From positions 15,691 through 79,690 of the forward strand of contig JBGQHO010000007.1 in NCBI GenBank assembly GCA_041497955.1: a stretch of 64,000 nucleotides of DNA, given 5' to 3'. Each line of letters starts with the position of its first letter. The stretch's first letter is position 1. The notes beneath the pieces are model-generated. The model saw only the letters and a list, made by a program, of their open reading frames with translations. It was not told the DNA's origin and did no database searches. Positions 18,881 through 27,824 of this stretch are shown here, in pieces. A program made the position numbers and the translations under genes. The DNA comes from Terriglobia bacterium. Its GTDB lineage: Bacteria; Acidobacteriota; Terriglobia; Acidiferrales; UBA7541.

Positions 18881-19213
18881 CTACTTCTTTGCAAGGCTGC
18901 GAAGAAACGCGATGACGTTGGCGGCTTCCTCGTCGGTCAGCTTCACCGGCTTCATCTTGCCGTTGCCCTCGACGATGACCTTGTGGAGCTGTGCGTCACT
19001 CTTGGCCTGCACTTCTTTGGAGGCCAGGGGGCGCATCTCCACTTTGAACATCTTCGCGATCGCGTCTTTTCCTTCGCCACCCGGCCCATGGCACGTGGCG
19101 CACTTGCTGGCGAAAACCGCCTTGCCCTTCGCAGCGTCGCCGGCCGCCCAAACCAGCGCGGACACGGTAAGCACCACAGCCACGAGCGCCGCTATCTTCC
19201 ACCCTGCCTTCAT
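18881..19213 (-). CDS. Class I monoheme cytochrome c (c553/c6-like)
   Basis: 110 aa. Signal peptide, a single CATCHG motif, and a distal Met region (GNGKMKPV). Confidence 0.85.
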   Translation of the reverse strand: MKAGWKIAALVAVVLTVSALVWAAGDAAKGKAVFASKCATCHGPGGEGKDAIAKMFKVEMRPLASKEVQAKSDAQLHKVIVEGNGKMKPVKLTDEEAANVIAFLRSLAKK

Positions 19214-19282
19214 TCCGCCTCCTCAAAACAGGACTATGTTCCGGAGCCACGAGCAGGAAACTCTTCGCCGCTTGCGCAAGGC

Positions 19283-19735
19283 CTAGGTCCCCAGCGCCGC
19301 AAATACCAGGAAGCGCGGCTCCACTTGTACCGTGGCACGAAGCGAGTTGTTGATGAAACAGTTCTTCTCCGCCTTGGCGAGAACCTTCTGCGCCTTCTCG
19401 AGATCTTCGGCGGCAACCTCGATCTCCGGAACCACGGTAAGTGCAGTGAAACGATACCCCTCCCCGGGGACTTTTTCCAGCCGACCAAGTACCTTGCTGC
19501 GATAAGAAGTTACGGTTAGGCCGGAAATCTCGGCAATGGCAAAGAAGGTTGACATCAGGCAACTTCCCGCAGCCGCCACGAGCAGGTGTTCCGGCGTCCA
19601 CTTACCCACCTCCCCGGCGAATTCCGGCGGCGGAGCGACCTCGAGGACGGGACGCCCCTCTGCGTGAACCTGCCCGCTGCGCCGGTCACTCCACACAACG
19701 TCGACATCGTACAGGTAAGAGTTCTGCAGGCTCAC
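19283..19735 (-). CDS. OsmC/Ohr family peroxiredoxin-like protein
   Basis: 150 aa. OsmC-type pattern PEHLLVAAAGSCLMSTF ... AEKNCFI with the two conserved Cys. Confidence 0.8.
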   Translation of the reverse strand: MSLQNSYLYDVDVVWSDRRSGQVHAEGRPVLEVAPPPEFAGEVGKWTPEHLLVAAAGSCLMSTFFAIAEISGLTVTSYRSKVLGRLEKVPGEGYRFTALTVVPEIEVAAEDLEKAQKVLAKAEKNCFINNSLRATVQVEPRFLVFAALGT

Positions 19736-19935
19736 CTCTTCCTCCCAGTGGACGCGACCGTTCGACGGACCACGCGCCGCTTCTTATCCCGGTGATGGCC
19801 ATGCGGCATCACCTCTGCGCGCGCAGCTTTGACATGCGTCCAGCAATGGTGGCATTGAAAACGAGAGTCGGATTCAGCCAGCACGGCTTCCAGCGAAGAC
19901 AGCGGCTGGCCGCAGACGGTGCAGTGCGTAGTCAT
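19732..19935 (-). CDS. Small zinc-ribbon protein with basic tail (hypothetical)
   Basis: 67 aa. CTVCG...CHHC pair of CxxC knuckles and a Lys/Arg-rich C-terminus. 4-nt overlaps with both neighbours suggest real translation. Confidence 0.45.
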   Translation of the reverse strand: MTTHCTVCGQPLSSLEAVLAESDSRFQCHHCWTHVKAARAEVMPHGHHRDKKRRVVRRTVASTGRKR

Positions 19936-20336
19936 TTTCTAGCTCCCGCGGCGAAATAATCCTGCCGCTTTGATTCGAGTGCGCGGCTCACGATCCGCAT
20001 CAGTTCAGTTTCGTTTAGGGGGAGCGCCACGCAATCAAACGCTCCGCGGCGCAGAGCTTCGAGGTACAGAGGCACGTCGTCGGTGACGACCACGACCGGC
20101 AGGGCCGTCGCGAGTCCCCGAAGGCGAGTGAGTAGCTCCAGCGATGGAAGAAAGCCGCGACACAACCGGGCAACGATCAGGTCGGCTTCGCCGCTGCGGG
20201 CCGCCGCATAAAGTTCACCCGCCGAAAGCCCCTCGCGGACCTGCATTCCCCGCCGCCCCAAGCTATCGGCAAGGACTTCGAGCTCACACCCAGGCTCTCC
20301 CCAGAGAAGCACGCGTTTGCCGATTACTTCAGACAT
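19932..20336 (-). CDS. Receiver-like (pseudo-receiver) domain protein lacking the phospho-acceptor residues
   Basis: CheY-like alpha/beta periodicity. The DD pair is replaced (LLWGEPG), the phospho-acceptor Asp position reads ADLIVARL, and the conserved Lys is replaced (FDCVALP). Start taken at Met13 (ATG 20336). Confidence 0.6.
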   Translation of the reverse strand: MSEVIGKRVLLWGEPGCELEVLADSLGRRGMQVREGLSAGELYAAARSGEADLIVARLCRGFLPSLELLTRLRGLATALPVVVVTDDVPLYLEALRRGAFDCVALPLNETELMRIVSRALESKRQDYFAAGARK

Positions 20337-20613
20337 AAGCACCCCCTTGGCCGCCCCAAGGGCAGAGTCCACTTACCATTCAGCAAGTTCCGCGCCGCGC
20401 GCCGCCTTGGATGAACCCGGAGCCAAGCCATTAATTTTCTATAACTTCGTAGCCCCACGCGCTCGCAACGCCTCGGCCCAATTGGAGGGAAAGCGTTGAA
20501 ATTCGCCTCGTCCTGCGCTCCTGTGCGTGATATGCCTCAAATCAGGCAGCTTTCGAAGGACCAGTCCACCTTACAAACTACTGAAAACATTATCACTGGC
20601 TACGTCTGAGTTT

Positions 20614-22146
20614 ATGGACTTGAAAGTGCCTCCAACGGGCGCGTGGGTCGGGGGTCTGATGGTCTTGCATTTCAAGGGCTGGTCGCAGCGAATCCAAAGG
20701 ACCTTTAGCTCGCTCCGCACTGGGATCGTGCTCCTGATTACGCTGGGAGTTGTGTCCGCCGCAGGCACGTTTGTCCTGCAGCGTCCCCTGACCGACGCGG
20801 AAAGGCTCGAGCGCGCGTACGCGCCGGAAACGCTTCGCTGGCTCGATCGTCTGAGTCTGACCGACGTGTTCCACTCCTGGTGGTTTGCCCTTCTGCTGGC
20901 TGCGCTCGGCCTGAACATCATCCTGGCTTCCCTTAAACGCTTCCCCGTGGCCTGGGCCTATGTGCAGCGCCGCTACGCCCGGCCCGATGCGCACTTCCTG
21001 AAAGGGCTCACGCTGCAGCGCGAGATTCAGATCCCGGGCAAAGAGATTGGCCTCGCCGCCGCCGAAAGGGCCTTCCGGCAACTGCGGTTCAAACCGCAGG
21101 GTGTGGCTAGCCAGGACGGCATGTCTCTTTTCGCCGAGCGGAACCGCTTCGTGCGGCTGGCCGCGTATCTGGTGCACGCCAGCCTGCTGCTGATTTTCGC
21201 CGGAGCCATTGCCGATGCACTGCTGGGCTACCGCGGCTACGTCGCGCTGACTCCGAACCGGCAAACCAACTTAGTCGAACTCAGCAACGGCAAGATGAGA
21301 ACGCTGCCTTTCGTGGTTCGCTGCGATGACGCGGGCCAGGAAAACTATGCTGACGGCTCGCCGCGCCGCTGGTGGTCAAAGCTCGTGGTGCTCGACAGCG
21401 GGCGCGAAGTGCTGCGAAAGGAAATCGCGGTCAATGACCCGCTGGTCTTCCGCGGCGTGCGCTTCTACCAGTCCGGCTACGGTTCGAGCGGCGATCTCGG
21501 CGCCCTCCGGCTGCGCGTCGTGCCCAAAGCGAATCCCGCCGACACAAGAGAAATTGTCCTGCACCCGAACGAGACGCTGGCGCTCGACGCGGAGAATTCG
21601 GTCCGCGTAGCTGCTTTCTTCCCCGATTTTGTGATCCGCGGCAAACAGGTGGAGACTCGCTCGGACCAGCCGAATAACCCGGCGATCCAGCTCACGGTGG
21701 ACTCGAAGAAGTCCGGCGCTACGAAGTTGTGGCTGTTTGCGAACTTCCCGGAAGTGAACCACGCGGATGAATCGCCCTTCAGCTTCCAGCTCCGCGATCT
21801 GCAAATGGGCTGGTTCACAGGCCTGCAGGTGTCACACGAGCCGGGCCAGTGGGCCGTCTGGATTGGCGTCGTGCTGATGATGGTGGGCTTGGCTGCGGCA
21901 TTCTATTTCATCCACACGCGTGTGTGGGCGGTGCCGATCAGCGACGATCGCGGTCGGCTAGTGCTTTGGGTGGGCGCTTCGGCCAGCAAGAACCGCGAAG
22001 AATTTGAAGAGCGCTTCAGCAAGTTGGTGGCGGAAATCTTGGACGGCCTTAAGGCGCCCTACGGATCGCGCGGCACAGTGAGCCGCACATCCGGAAGCCA
22101 TCACTTCCTGGTGAACGCGGCAGCGGCGCTCAAGGGGAGGAGTTGA
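20614..22146 (+). CDS. resB: Cytochrome c biogenesis protein ResB/Ccs1 (System II)
   Basis: N-terminal TM helices ([39 protein letters not shown]), a large periplasmic domain and a C-terminal TM. Immediately followed by ccsA. Start could also be Met at 20659. Confidence 0.85.
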   Translation: MDLKVPPTGAWVGGLMVLHFKGWSQRIQRTFSSLRTGIVLLITLGVVSAAGTFVLQRPLTDAERLERAYAPETLRWLDRLSLTDVFHSWWFALLLAALGLNIILASLKRFPVAWAYVQRRYARPDAHFLKGLTLQREIQIPGKEIGLAAAERAFRQLRFKPQGVASQDGMSLFAERNRFVRLAAYLVHASLLLIFAGAIADALLGYRGYVALTPNRQTNLVELSNGKMRTLPFVVRCDDAGQENYADGSPRRWWSKLVVLDSGREVLRKEIAVNDPLVFRGVRFYQSGYGSSGDLGALRLRVVPKANPADTREIVLHPNETLALDAENSVRVAAFFPDFVIRGKQVETRSDQPNNPAIQLTVDSKKSGATKLWLFANFPEVNHADESPFSFQLRDLQMGWFTGLQVSHEPGQWAVWIGVVLMMVGLAAAFYFIHTRVWAVPISDDRGRLVLWVGASASKNREEFEERFSKLVAEILDGLKAPYGSRGTVSRTSGSHHFLVNAAAALKGRS

Positions 22147-22151
22147 GAGCC

Positions 22152-23576
22152 ATGGCGGGAGCACTGGCAACCACCGACCTCAACCGGCGCGCCGCAGCAC
22201 AGCCGGCTACGACCGGCAATCTGTTTCTGCTCCTCGTTGGGCTGGGCACGGCGCTGCTGCTTTTCACCGCCTTTCTCTCCGCGGTCAAGACCGGGCCGCT
22301 CTTCACTGAAGACAACCTGCTCTACGCCGCGCTGATTTTTTACGCTGCCGCGGCTGCGCTCTATATCGGTTACGGCGTGACCACGGCTCTGCGCCTGGCG
22401 CGTTTTGCCACCCTGGCTACGGCGCTGGGCCTGATCGCTAATACGCTGGCCGCCGGGCATCGCTGGTATGCGGCGGGGCACCCACCGTTTTCGAGCATCT
22501 ACGAAATGCTGCTGAGCTTCGTGTGGACGCTGGCAGCGCTGACGCTGTTTGTCGAGCGGCGCTACGGCGTGCGCATCATCGGCAGCGTGACGCTGCCGCT
22601 CGCGACGCTGGGCGTGATCCTGATGCAGTTGCTGCCCTCGCCGGTGCGGCCACTGGTGCCGGCGCTGCAATCCACCTGGCTGCACGTCCACGTGACGCTG
22701 GCGATGCTGGCCTACGCCGCGTGCACGGTGAGCGTGGCGCTGGCTCTGCTCTTCCTGATCCAGGACAAAGTCCGCACGGAGACGTTCCTGGCGGCCACCT
22801 CGGCCGCGCTTGTCGCGATCTATGCCGGCATCTCCACGCGCTTCGACGCTTCCGGAGCGCTGCGCGTCGTGGCCTGGGATCCCGGCGAAGGCCGCGAAAT
22901 CTTCATCGCCGAGAAGACTCCGCTGTTCGTGATGATTCCCGGCCTGGGCTGGCTGATGTTTCTCGTGCTGGCCGCGGCCCTCGTTCCGCTGGCGTTGTGC
23001 GCTTGGGCGCAGTGGAACCGCGAAGAGCGCGGCCTGGTCTGGGCCAATCGAGCATTCTTCCCGGGCCTGCTGCTGCAAGGGCTGGCGCTCGGGGCATTCG
23101 TCATGCGCGCGCGGCAGGGATTCTACGCGTCGCGCCAGGCTGACGGCCTGTTCCCCACGAACCTGGCTGCGAGTCCTTTTCTCCTTTCCGGCCTGGCGGG
23201 AGGCCTGCTGATTTCCCTGCTGTACCTGCTACTGTTCTGGCGCCGCGAACAGCTCGAGGGCCTGCTGCCCGTCGCCGAGCGGCTGGATCGCCTCACCTAT
23301 AAGACGATCGGCATCGCGTTCCCACTGCTCACGTTGATGATTGCAGCCGGAGCCTACTGGGCCAACCGCACCTGGGGCTCCTACTGGAGCTGGGACCCGA
23401 AGGAAACCTGGGCGCTCATCACCTGGATGATCTACGCCGGCTACCTGCACATGCGCATCACGCGGGGCTGGCGGGGCCGTCGCGCGGCCTATTTCGCAAT
23501 TCTCGGCTTTGCGGTGGTGATGTTCACGTTTTTTGGCGTCACATACTTGCTGCCGGGTTTGCACGCGTACGCCTAG
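22152..23576 (+). CDS. ccsA: Cytochrome c biogenesis protein CcsA/ResC (System II heme handling)
   Basis: Polytopic membrane protein with WWD-type motif [18 protein letters not shown] and conserved His residues. Confidence 0.9.
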   Translation: MAGALATTDLNRRAAAQPATTGNLFLLLVGLGTALLLFTAFLSAVKTGPLFTEDNLLYAALIFYAAAAALYIGYGVTTALRLARFATLATALGLIANTLAAGHRWYAAGHPPFSSIYEMLLSFVWTLAALTLFVERRYGVRIIGSVTLPLATLGVILMQLLPSPVRPLVPALQSTWLHVHVTLAMLAYAACTVSVALALLFLIQDKVRTETFLAATSAALVAIYAGISTRFDASGALRVVAWDPGEGREIFIAEKTPLFVMIPGLGWLMFLVLAAALVPLALCAWAQWNREERGLVWANRAFFPGLLLQGLALGAFVMRARQGFYASRQADGLFPTNLAASPFLLSGLAGGLLISLLYLLLFWRREQLEGLLPVAERLDRLTYKTIGIAFPLLTLMIAAGAYWANRTWGSYWSWDPKETWALITWMIYAGYLHMRITRGWRGRRAAYFAILGFAVVMFTFFGVTYLLPGLHAYA

Positions 23577-23805
23577 GGTGCTGTCCGCATTTCTCCGCCG
23601 CGCCGGCTTGGAGAAAGGGGTAGGAGATGGCTAGAGGGCGAGGACGAGCACCGGCCCGTAACTCAACCGACTCCTGATCCGAATCACACTTGAAATTGAA
23701 TTCCAAATTCGTACAATGGGCACGCCGGGGAAATAGCCGGGTGCCCACCCTTCCTGCTTGCGGATTTCTGCAAGCCAACTGGCCGCCCCACTTGAGGAGT
23801 GTCCT

Positions 23806-24753
23806 ATGAAGAGATCACGAAAACTGGTGCTGTTCGCGCTCGGGCTTGTCCTCGCCCTGGTGCTCTTCTGCCTGGCGCCCGCGGGCGCCGCCGATCGCGC
23901 GCAGGAAAAGAAACCCGCCGCCCCGGCCAAAGATTCGTCCCAATACATCGGAGCGGATACCTGCAAGCAGTGCCACGAGGATGTGTACAAGAAATTCGAG
24001 ACCACGCCGCATTGGAAGACGACGCTTGGAGCCATCCGCGGCATCGAGGCGCACGGCTGCGAATCGTGTCACGGTCCGGGCGCGGATCACGTCAGTGGCG
24101 GCGACAAGAGCAAAATCTTCACCTTCAAGGGAGCGACCGCGAAGCAGATCAGCGCGCGCTGCCTGGAGTGCCACGAGTACGGGGAGGAACACAGCAACTA
24201 TGCCCGCTCGGTCCACAAGATCAACGACGTGAGCTGCATCGATTGCCACTCGGTTCATAAGGCCAAGGAGTCGCAGTTCCTGCTGGCGAAAGCGCAACCT
24301 CAGCTCTGCTACTCCTGTCACCAGGACATCAGGCCCGAGTTCAATAAGCCCTTCCGCCACCGCGTGAACGAAAGCCTGGTGAAGTGCACCGATTGCCATA
24401 ACCAGCATGGCGGCTACATGACCAAACAGTTGCGAGCCACCGCCGCGCAGGACGTAGTGTGCTTCAAGTGCCACGCAGACAAGGCCGGGCCCTTTGTGTA
24501 TGAACATCATGCGGTCAAAGGTGAGGGGTGCGTGGCCTGCCACATGCCGCACGGCTCGTCGAACCCGCGCCTCCTGAAACGAGCCCAGGTCAACCTGCTC
24601 TGCCTGGAGTGCCACACGCCGACCGGCGGACCATCAGACGCTGTACCGCCGGGAACGCCCTCGTTCCACAACCAGGCGCAGAAGTATCAGGCTTGCACGA
24701 TGTGCCACGTGCAGATCCATGGGTCCAACTTGGACAGAGTCTTCTTCAAGTGA
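23806..24753 (+). CDS. Periplasmic decaheme c-type cytochrome, DmsE/MtrA/PioA/MtoA family
   Basis: 315 aa from the ATG preceded by GAGGAG. Signal peptide, then 10 CxxCH (CKQCH, CESCH, CLECH, CIDCH, CYSCH, CTDCH, CFKCH, CVACH, CLECH, CTMCH). C-terminal CH.QIHGSN ending and about 330-aa size are typical of the family. Confidence 0.85.
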   Translation: MKRSRKLVLFALGLVLALVLFCLAPAGAADRAQEKKPAAPAKDSSQYIGADTCKQCHEDVYKKFETTPHWKTTLGAIRGIEAHGCESCHGPGADHVSGGDKSKIFTFKGATAKQISARCLECHEYGEEHSNYARSVHKINDVSCIDCHSVHKAKESQFLLAKAQPQLCYSCHQDIRPEFNKPFRHRVNESLVKCTDCHNQHGGYMTKQLRATAAQDVVCFKCHADKAGPFVYEHHAVKGEGCVACHMPHGSSNPRLLKRAQVNLLCLECHTPTGGPSDAVPPGTPSFHNQAQKYQACTMCHVQIHGSNLDRVFFK

Positions 24754-24853
24754 GGGGGCGGACATGACGAGAACAGTCCAAGAAGAGATGGGCCTTCAAT
24801 CGACAGGCAGCTCCGTTCATTCGCCGCGCCCTAACGCCTCCCGGGAGTGTTCT

Positions 24854-27361
24854 ATGAAACCGACTCGCTTCGCCCTGAACTTCAGCGCTCTTGCCCTGGT
24901 TCTGCTGCTTTGCATGAGCTTCCCCGCCATGGCCCAGGAATCGGAGAAAGCGCCTGAGGGCATCAACTCTGGAAATTACAACATCAAGCAAACGGTGGAG
25001 CTTGGCGGGCGCATTATTCCAGATTCTGACTTCCGAGACACCCGCGGGACCCGCGAGTTGTTCAACACCTTCGTGAACCTGCGGAGCGGGGCACGGCTGC
25101 TGGACTACACGCTGGAGATGCGCTCGCTGAACCACGAAGGTTGGCTGTTCGACAGCCTCTACTACAGCAATTTCGGTTACGGCGGCGACCCGAACAACGT
25201 CTCGCGGCTGCGGGTGTACAAGAACAAGTGGTATAGCTTCAGCGGCACGTTCCGCCGTGACTACAGCTTCTGGGACTACAACCTGCTAGCCAACCCGTTG
25301 AACCCGAGCACCCCGGTGGCAAACGCTCCGGCGGGTTTTTCGCCGACCATATTGTTTTCGCCCCATGCGCAGGCGCTGGTGCGGCGGATGAGCGATTACA
25401 ATCTCACCTTCCTGCCGCAGTCGCGCGTGCGTCTTCGCCTGGGGTACAGCCGCAACGTCCAGGAAGGACCGTCGCTCAGCACCTTCCACGAAGGGACCGA
25501 CGTGTTGTTCTTCCAGGACTGGAAGACGACCGTCAATTCTTACCAGATTGGTGTGGACTTCAAATGGCTGCCCCGCACCAACATCAGCTACGACCAGTTC
25601 TTCCACTATTTCAAGGGAGACACTTCCTGGGTGGACCGGAGCCAGACCTTCGCGCTTTCCAACGGCGTCCCAGTGGACATCGGACTCCCCATCAACACCG
25701 CCGCGGGCCAGCCGTGTGCCCAGCCTTTCAATCCGTCCACTGCACAACCGACAGCGCCTGCGGGGACCGTCAACGCCACCTGCAACGCCTACCTGGGTTA
25801 TACGCGCCAAGCGCCTACTCGCACGAACTCTCCCACAGAGCAACTGAGTTTCCAATCCAATTACTTCAAGAATCTCGACCTTTCCGGGCGGTTTGTTTAC
25901 AGCTCGTCTGACAATACGGCGTTTGGCAACGAAGCTCTAAACGCCCTGATTACACGCACGAGAACGCTCGTGCGCAACGAAACCGGGCCGGTTTCGGGGC
26001 GTCGCGTCTCGGTTTCGGCAGACTTCGGCATCACCGTGCACGTCACCGACAAGTTGCGCGTCATGGACATGTTCCGCTTCGCCAATTTCCGACTCCCCAT
26101 GCAGTGGCTTTTTACGGAGTGCTCGTTCTTCGCTGCCGGCAATCCTGCTTCTATGCTGCTGCCCCCCACGGTATTCACTGCGACGGCTCCTCTGCCGGCT
26201 ACCTGTGCAGCCCCAGCCAATGGTGCCGCGGGAACACCGACACACAGTACGTCCTCACCCCCTGACGTTGAGTTGCGGGTCTCCAGCCGATTCTTCAAGC
26301 AGGACATCAAGAACAACCTGTTTGAGGTGGAATACGATTTCACCCGGCGCTTCGGCGCTCGGGTGGGCTACCGCTTTCGGCACCGCACGATCGCCGATGC
26401 CATCTCCGAATCAGGAACGTATGTCTTCTTTCCCAGCTTACAAAACGGGCGTACTCCCGAACCGCCCCTCAACGTGACCGAGAGCGGCGCATCGAACACT
26501 TGTCCGGTGGCCAACAACCGGTCCGATAACACGTGCCTGCTCACCGCCGAGTTGAGTGACTCAGGCAGTACGGAGATCAACGAGCACTCGGGTCTGTTCG
26601 GGATCTGGGCGCGGCCCACGGATGCGCTGCGCGTGAGCTTTGACCTCGAGCTGATGTCGGCCGATAACACATTCACGCGCGTTAGTCCGCGGCAGTTGCA
26701 GCACTACAAACTGCGCGCTAGCTACAAACCGACCCCGTGGATGGGCTTCGCAGGGACAGTGAACATCCTCGAAAACCGCAACAACGTTTTCCAGGTCAAC
26801 AACCTGCAACACAACCGCCTGTACGGGTTCAGCGCCGCCTTCGAACCCAACGAGCGAATCAGCTTCGACTTCGGCTACGACTACAACAACGTGTTCTCTA
26901 CTTCGCTCATCTGCTACCCGGTTACGCAGCCGGCGCCGTCCACCCTGCCCGCGTGCGTCGATGCGACCCTCGCGCCCATCCCCGGCTTGGTTGCGAACAC
27001 GTCCTTCTACAAGAACAAGGCGAACTTCTTTTACTTCGACGTGTCGTGGCGGCCGGTGAAGCGGCTCCGCACTTACGGCGGCTACTACCTTACCAGCACT
27101 TCCGGGAGCACCCTCATCATCGCTGGGCCGCAGGGAACGACCGGGGTGATCCCGAATCCGCCGACAGGCCCGCTGGCGTACAACTTCCACAAGCCCTACG
27201 CCGGCGTGACGTTTGACCTGTACAAGGGCCTGAGCTGGAAGGGGGAGTGGAACTATTACGGGTACAACGAGAAGGAGTCGGCCTTGCCGCTGGTGGACCC
27301 AACAGGCCCCCGGGACTTCCGCGGAAACATTGTGACGCTGGCGGTGCGCTACGCCTTCTGA
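24854..27361 (+). CDS. Large outer-membrane beta-barrel protein, MtrB/PioB-like partner of the decaheme cytochrome
   Basis: 835 aa from the ATG preceded by GGGAG. Signal peptide MKPTRFALNFSALALVLLLCMSFPAMA. Alternating hydrophobic, Tyr/Gly/Asn-rich beta-strand pattern throughout, with C-terminal ...LAVRYAF. Lies 100 nt downstream of the decaheme gene. Family assignment is by context and composition only. Confidence 0.65.
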   Translation: MKPTRFALNFSALALVLLLCMSFPAMAQESEKAPEGINSGNYNIKQTVELGGRIIPDSDFRDTRGTRELFNTFVNLRSGARLLDYTLEMRSLNHEGWLFDSLYYSNFGYGGDPNNVSRLRVYKNKWYSFSGTFRRDYSFWDYNLLANPLNPSTPVANAPAGFSPTILFSPHAQALVRRMSDYNLTFLPQSRVRLRLGYSRNVQEGPSLSTFHEGTDVLFFQDWKTTVNSYQIGVDFKWLPRTNISYDQFFHYFKGDTSWVDRSQTFALSNGVPVDIGLPINTAAGQPCAQPFNPSTAQPTAPAGTVNATCNAYLGYTRQAPTRTNSPTEQLSFQSNYFKNLDLSGRFVYSSSDNTAFGNEALNALITRTRTLVRNETGPVSGRRVSVSADFGITVHVTDKLRVMDMFRFANFRLPMQWLFTECSFFAAGNPASMLLPPTVFTATAPLPATCAAPANGAAGTPTHSTSSPPDVELRVSSRFFKQDIKNNLFEVEYDFTRRFGARVGYRFRHRTIADAISESGTYVFFPSLQNGRTPEPPLNVTESGASNTCPVANNRSDNTCLLTAELSDSGSTEINEHSGLFGIWARPTDALRVSFDLELMSADNTFTRVSPRQLQHYKLRASYKPTPWMGFAGTVNILENRNNVFQVNNLQHNRLYGFSAAFEPNERISFDFGYDYNNVFSTSLICYPVTQPAPSTLPACVDATLAPIPGLVANTSFYKNKANFFYFDVSWRPVKRLRTYGGYYLTSTSGSTLIIAGPQGTTGVIPNPPTGPLAYNFHKPYAGVTFDLYKGLSWKGEWNYYGYNEKESALPLVDPTGPRDFRGNIVTLAVRYAF

Positions 27362-27381
27362 CGCCTCACTGCCACCCGACT

Positions 27382-27412
27382 AGGGGCCGACGCGATTACT
27401 CGGTCGGCCCCT
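27382..27412. terminator. Candidate bidirectional terminator hairpin between convergent genes
   Basis: 10-bp stem AGGGGCCGAC / GTCGGCCCCT with an 11-nt loop, 20 nt after the barrel-gene stop. It overlaps the last codons of the receiver gene on the other strand. No U-tract. Confidence 0.3.
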
Positions 27413-27824
27413 GGACTTTCCCGCTAGCGCCCAACAGGTGCTGCACTTTTTCGACGAGCAGGCTGGCGTCAAAGACTGGTTTTTCGAGGTAGTCGTCCGC
27501 ACCAGAGGCTGCCAATAGGCGTTCGCGGTCGCCGGCCATGGCATGCGCAGTGGCGAGCAGAATCGGCAGCCGCCGCGGCGCGTGTTGCTTCAGCAGACGC
27601 GCTAGGTCGATGCCGTCAATCGGGTGGCCCTCCCATTCACTCTGGCCGAGCGAAACGTCCAAGATCGCGAGGTCAATCCGCCCGGCCTTCACCGCGGCCA
27701 GAATCTCGCTGACGTCTTCCGAAAGCATGCACGCAAATCCGCCCGCGCGTTCGAGCGCCAAGCGGTAGAACTTCGCGACCAGCGCATTGTCCTCCACCAC
27801 CAGAATCGTGCGCGAAGCGTTCAT
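27396..27824 (-). CDS. Stand-alone response-regulator receiver (CheY-like)
   Basis: 142 aa from Met29 (the ATG overlaps the kinase stop, ATGA). Canonical residues present: VVEDN, AILDVSL, LLATAH, DDYLEKP. Confidence 0.85.
   Translation of the reverse strand: MNASRTILVVEDNALVAKFYRLALERAGGFACMLSEDVSEILAAVKAGRIDLAILDVSLGQSEWEGHPIDGIDLARLLKQHAPRRLPILLATAHAMAGDRERLLAASGADDYLEKPVFDASLLVEKVQHLLGASGKVQGPTE

Noticed and set aside
20337-20613. A sigma-54-like match (TGGCTCCGGGTTCAT on the minus strand) in the divergent resB / pseudo-receiver spacer
   Set aside because: The spacing between the -24 and -12 elements is one nt short and the -12 GC is missing.
22101-23078. 325-aa minus-strand ORF
   Set aside because: It is antisense to ccsA and has a Gln/Arg/His-rich low-complexity translation.
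23577-23805. A possible sigma-54 or other promoter upstream of the decaheme gene (TGGGCACGCC..., TGCCCACCCTTCCTGCTTGC)
   Set aside because: Neither candidate keeps the GG-N10-GC spacing, so no promoter could be supported from the sequence alone.
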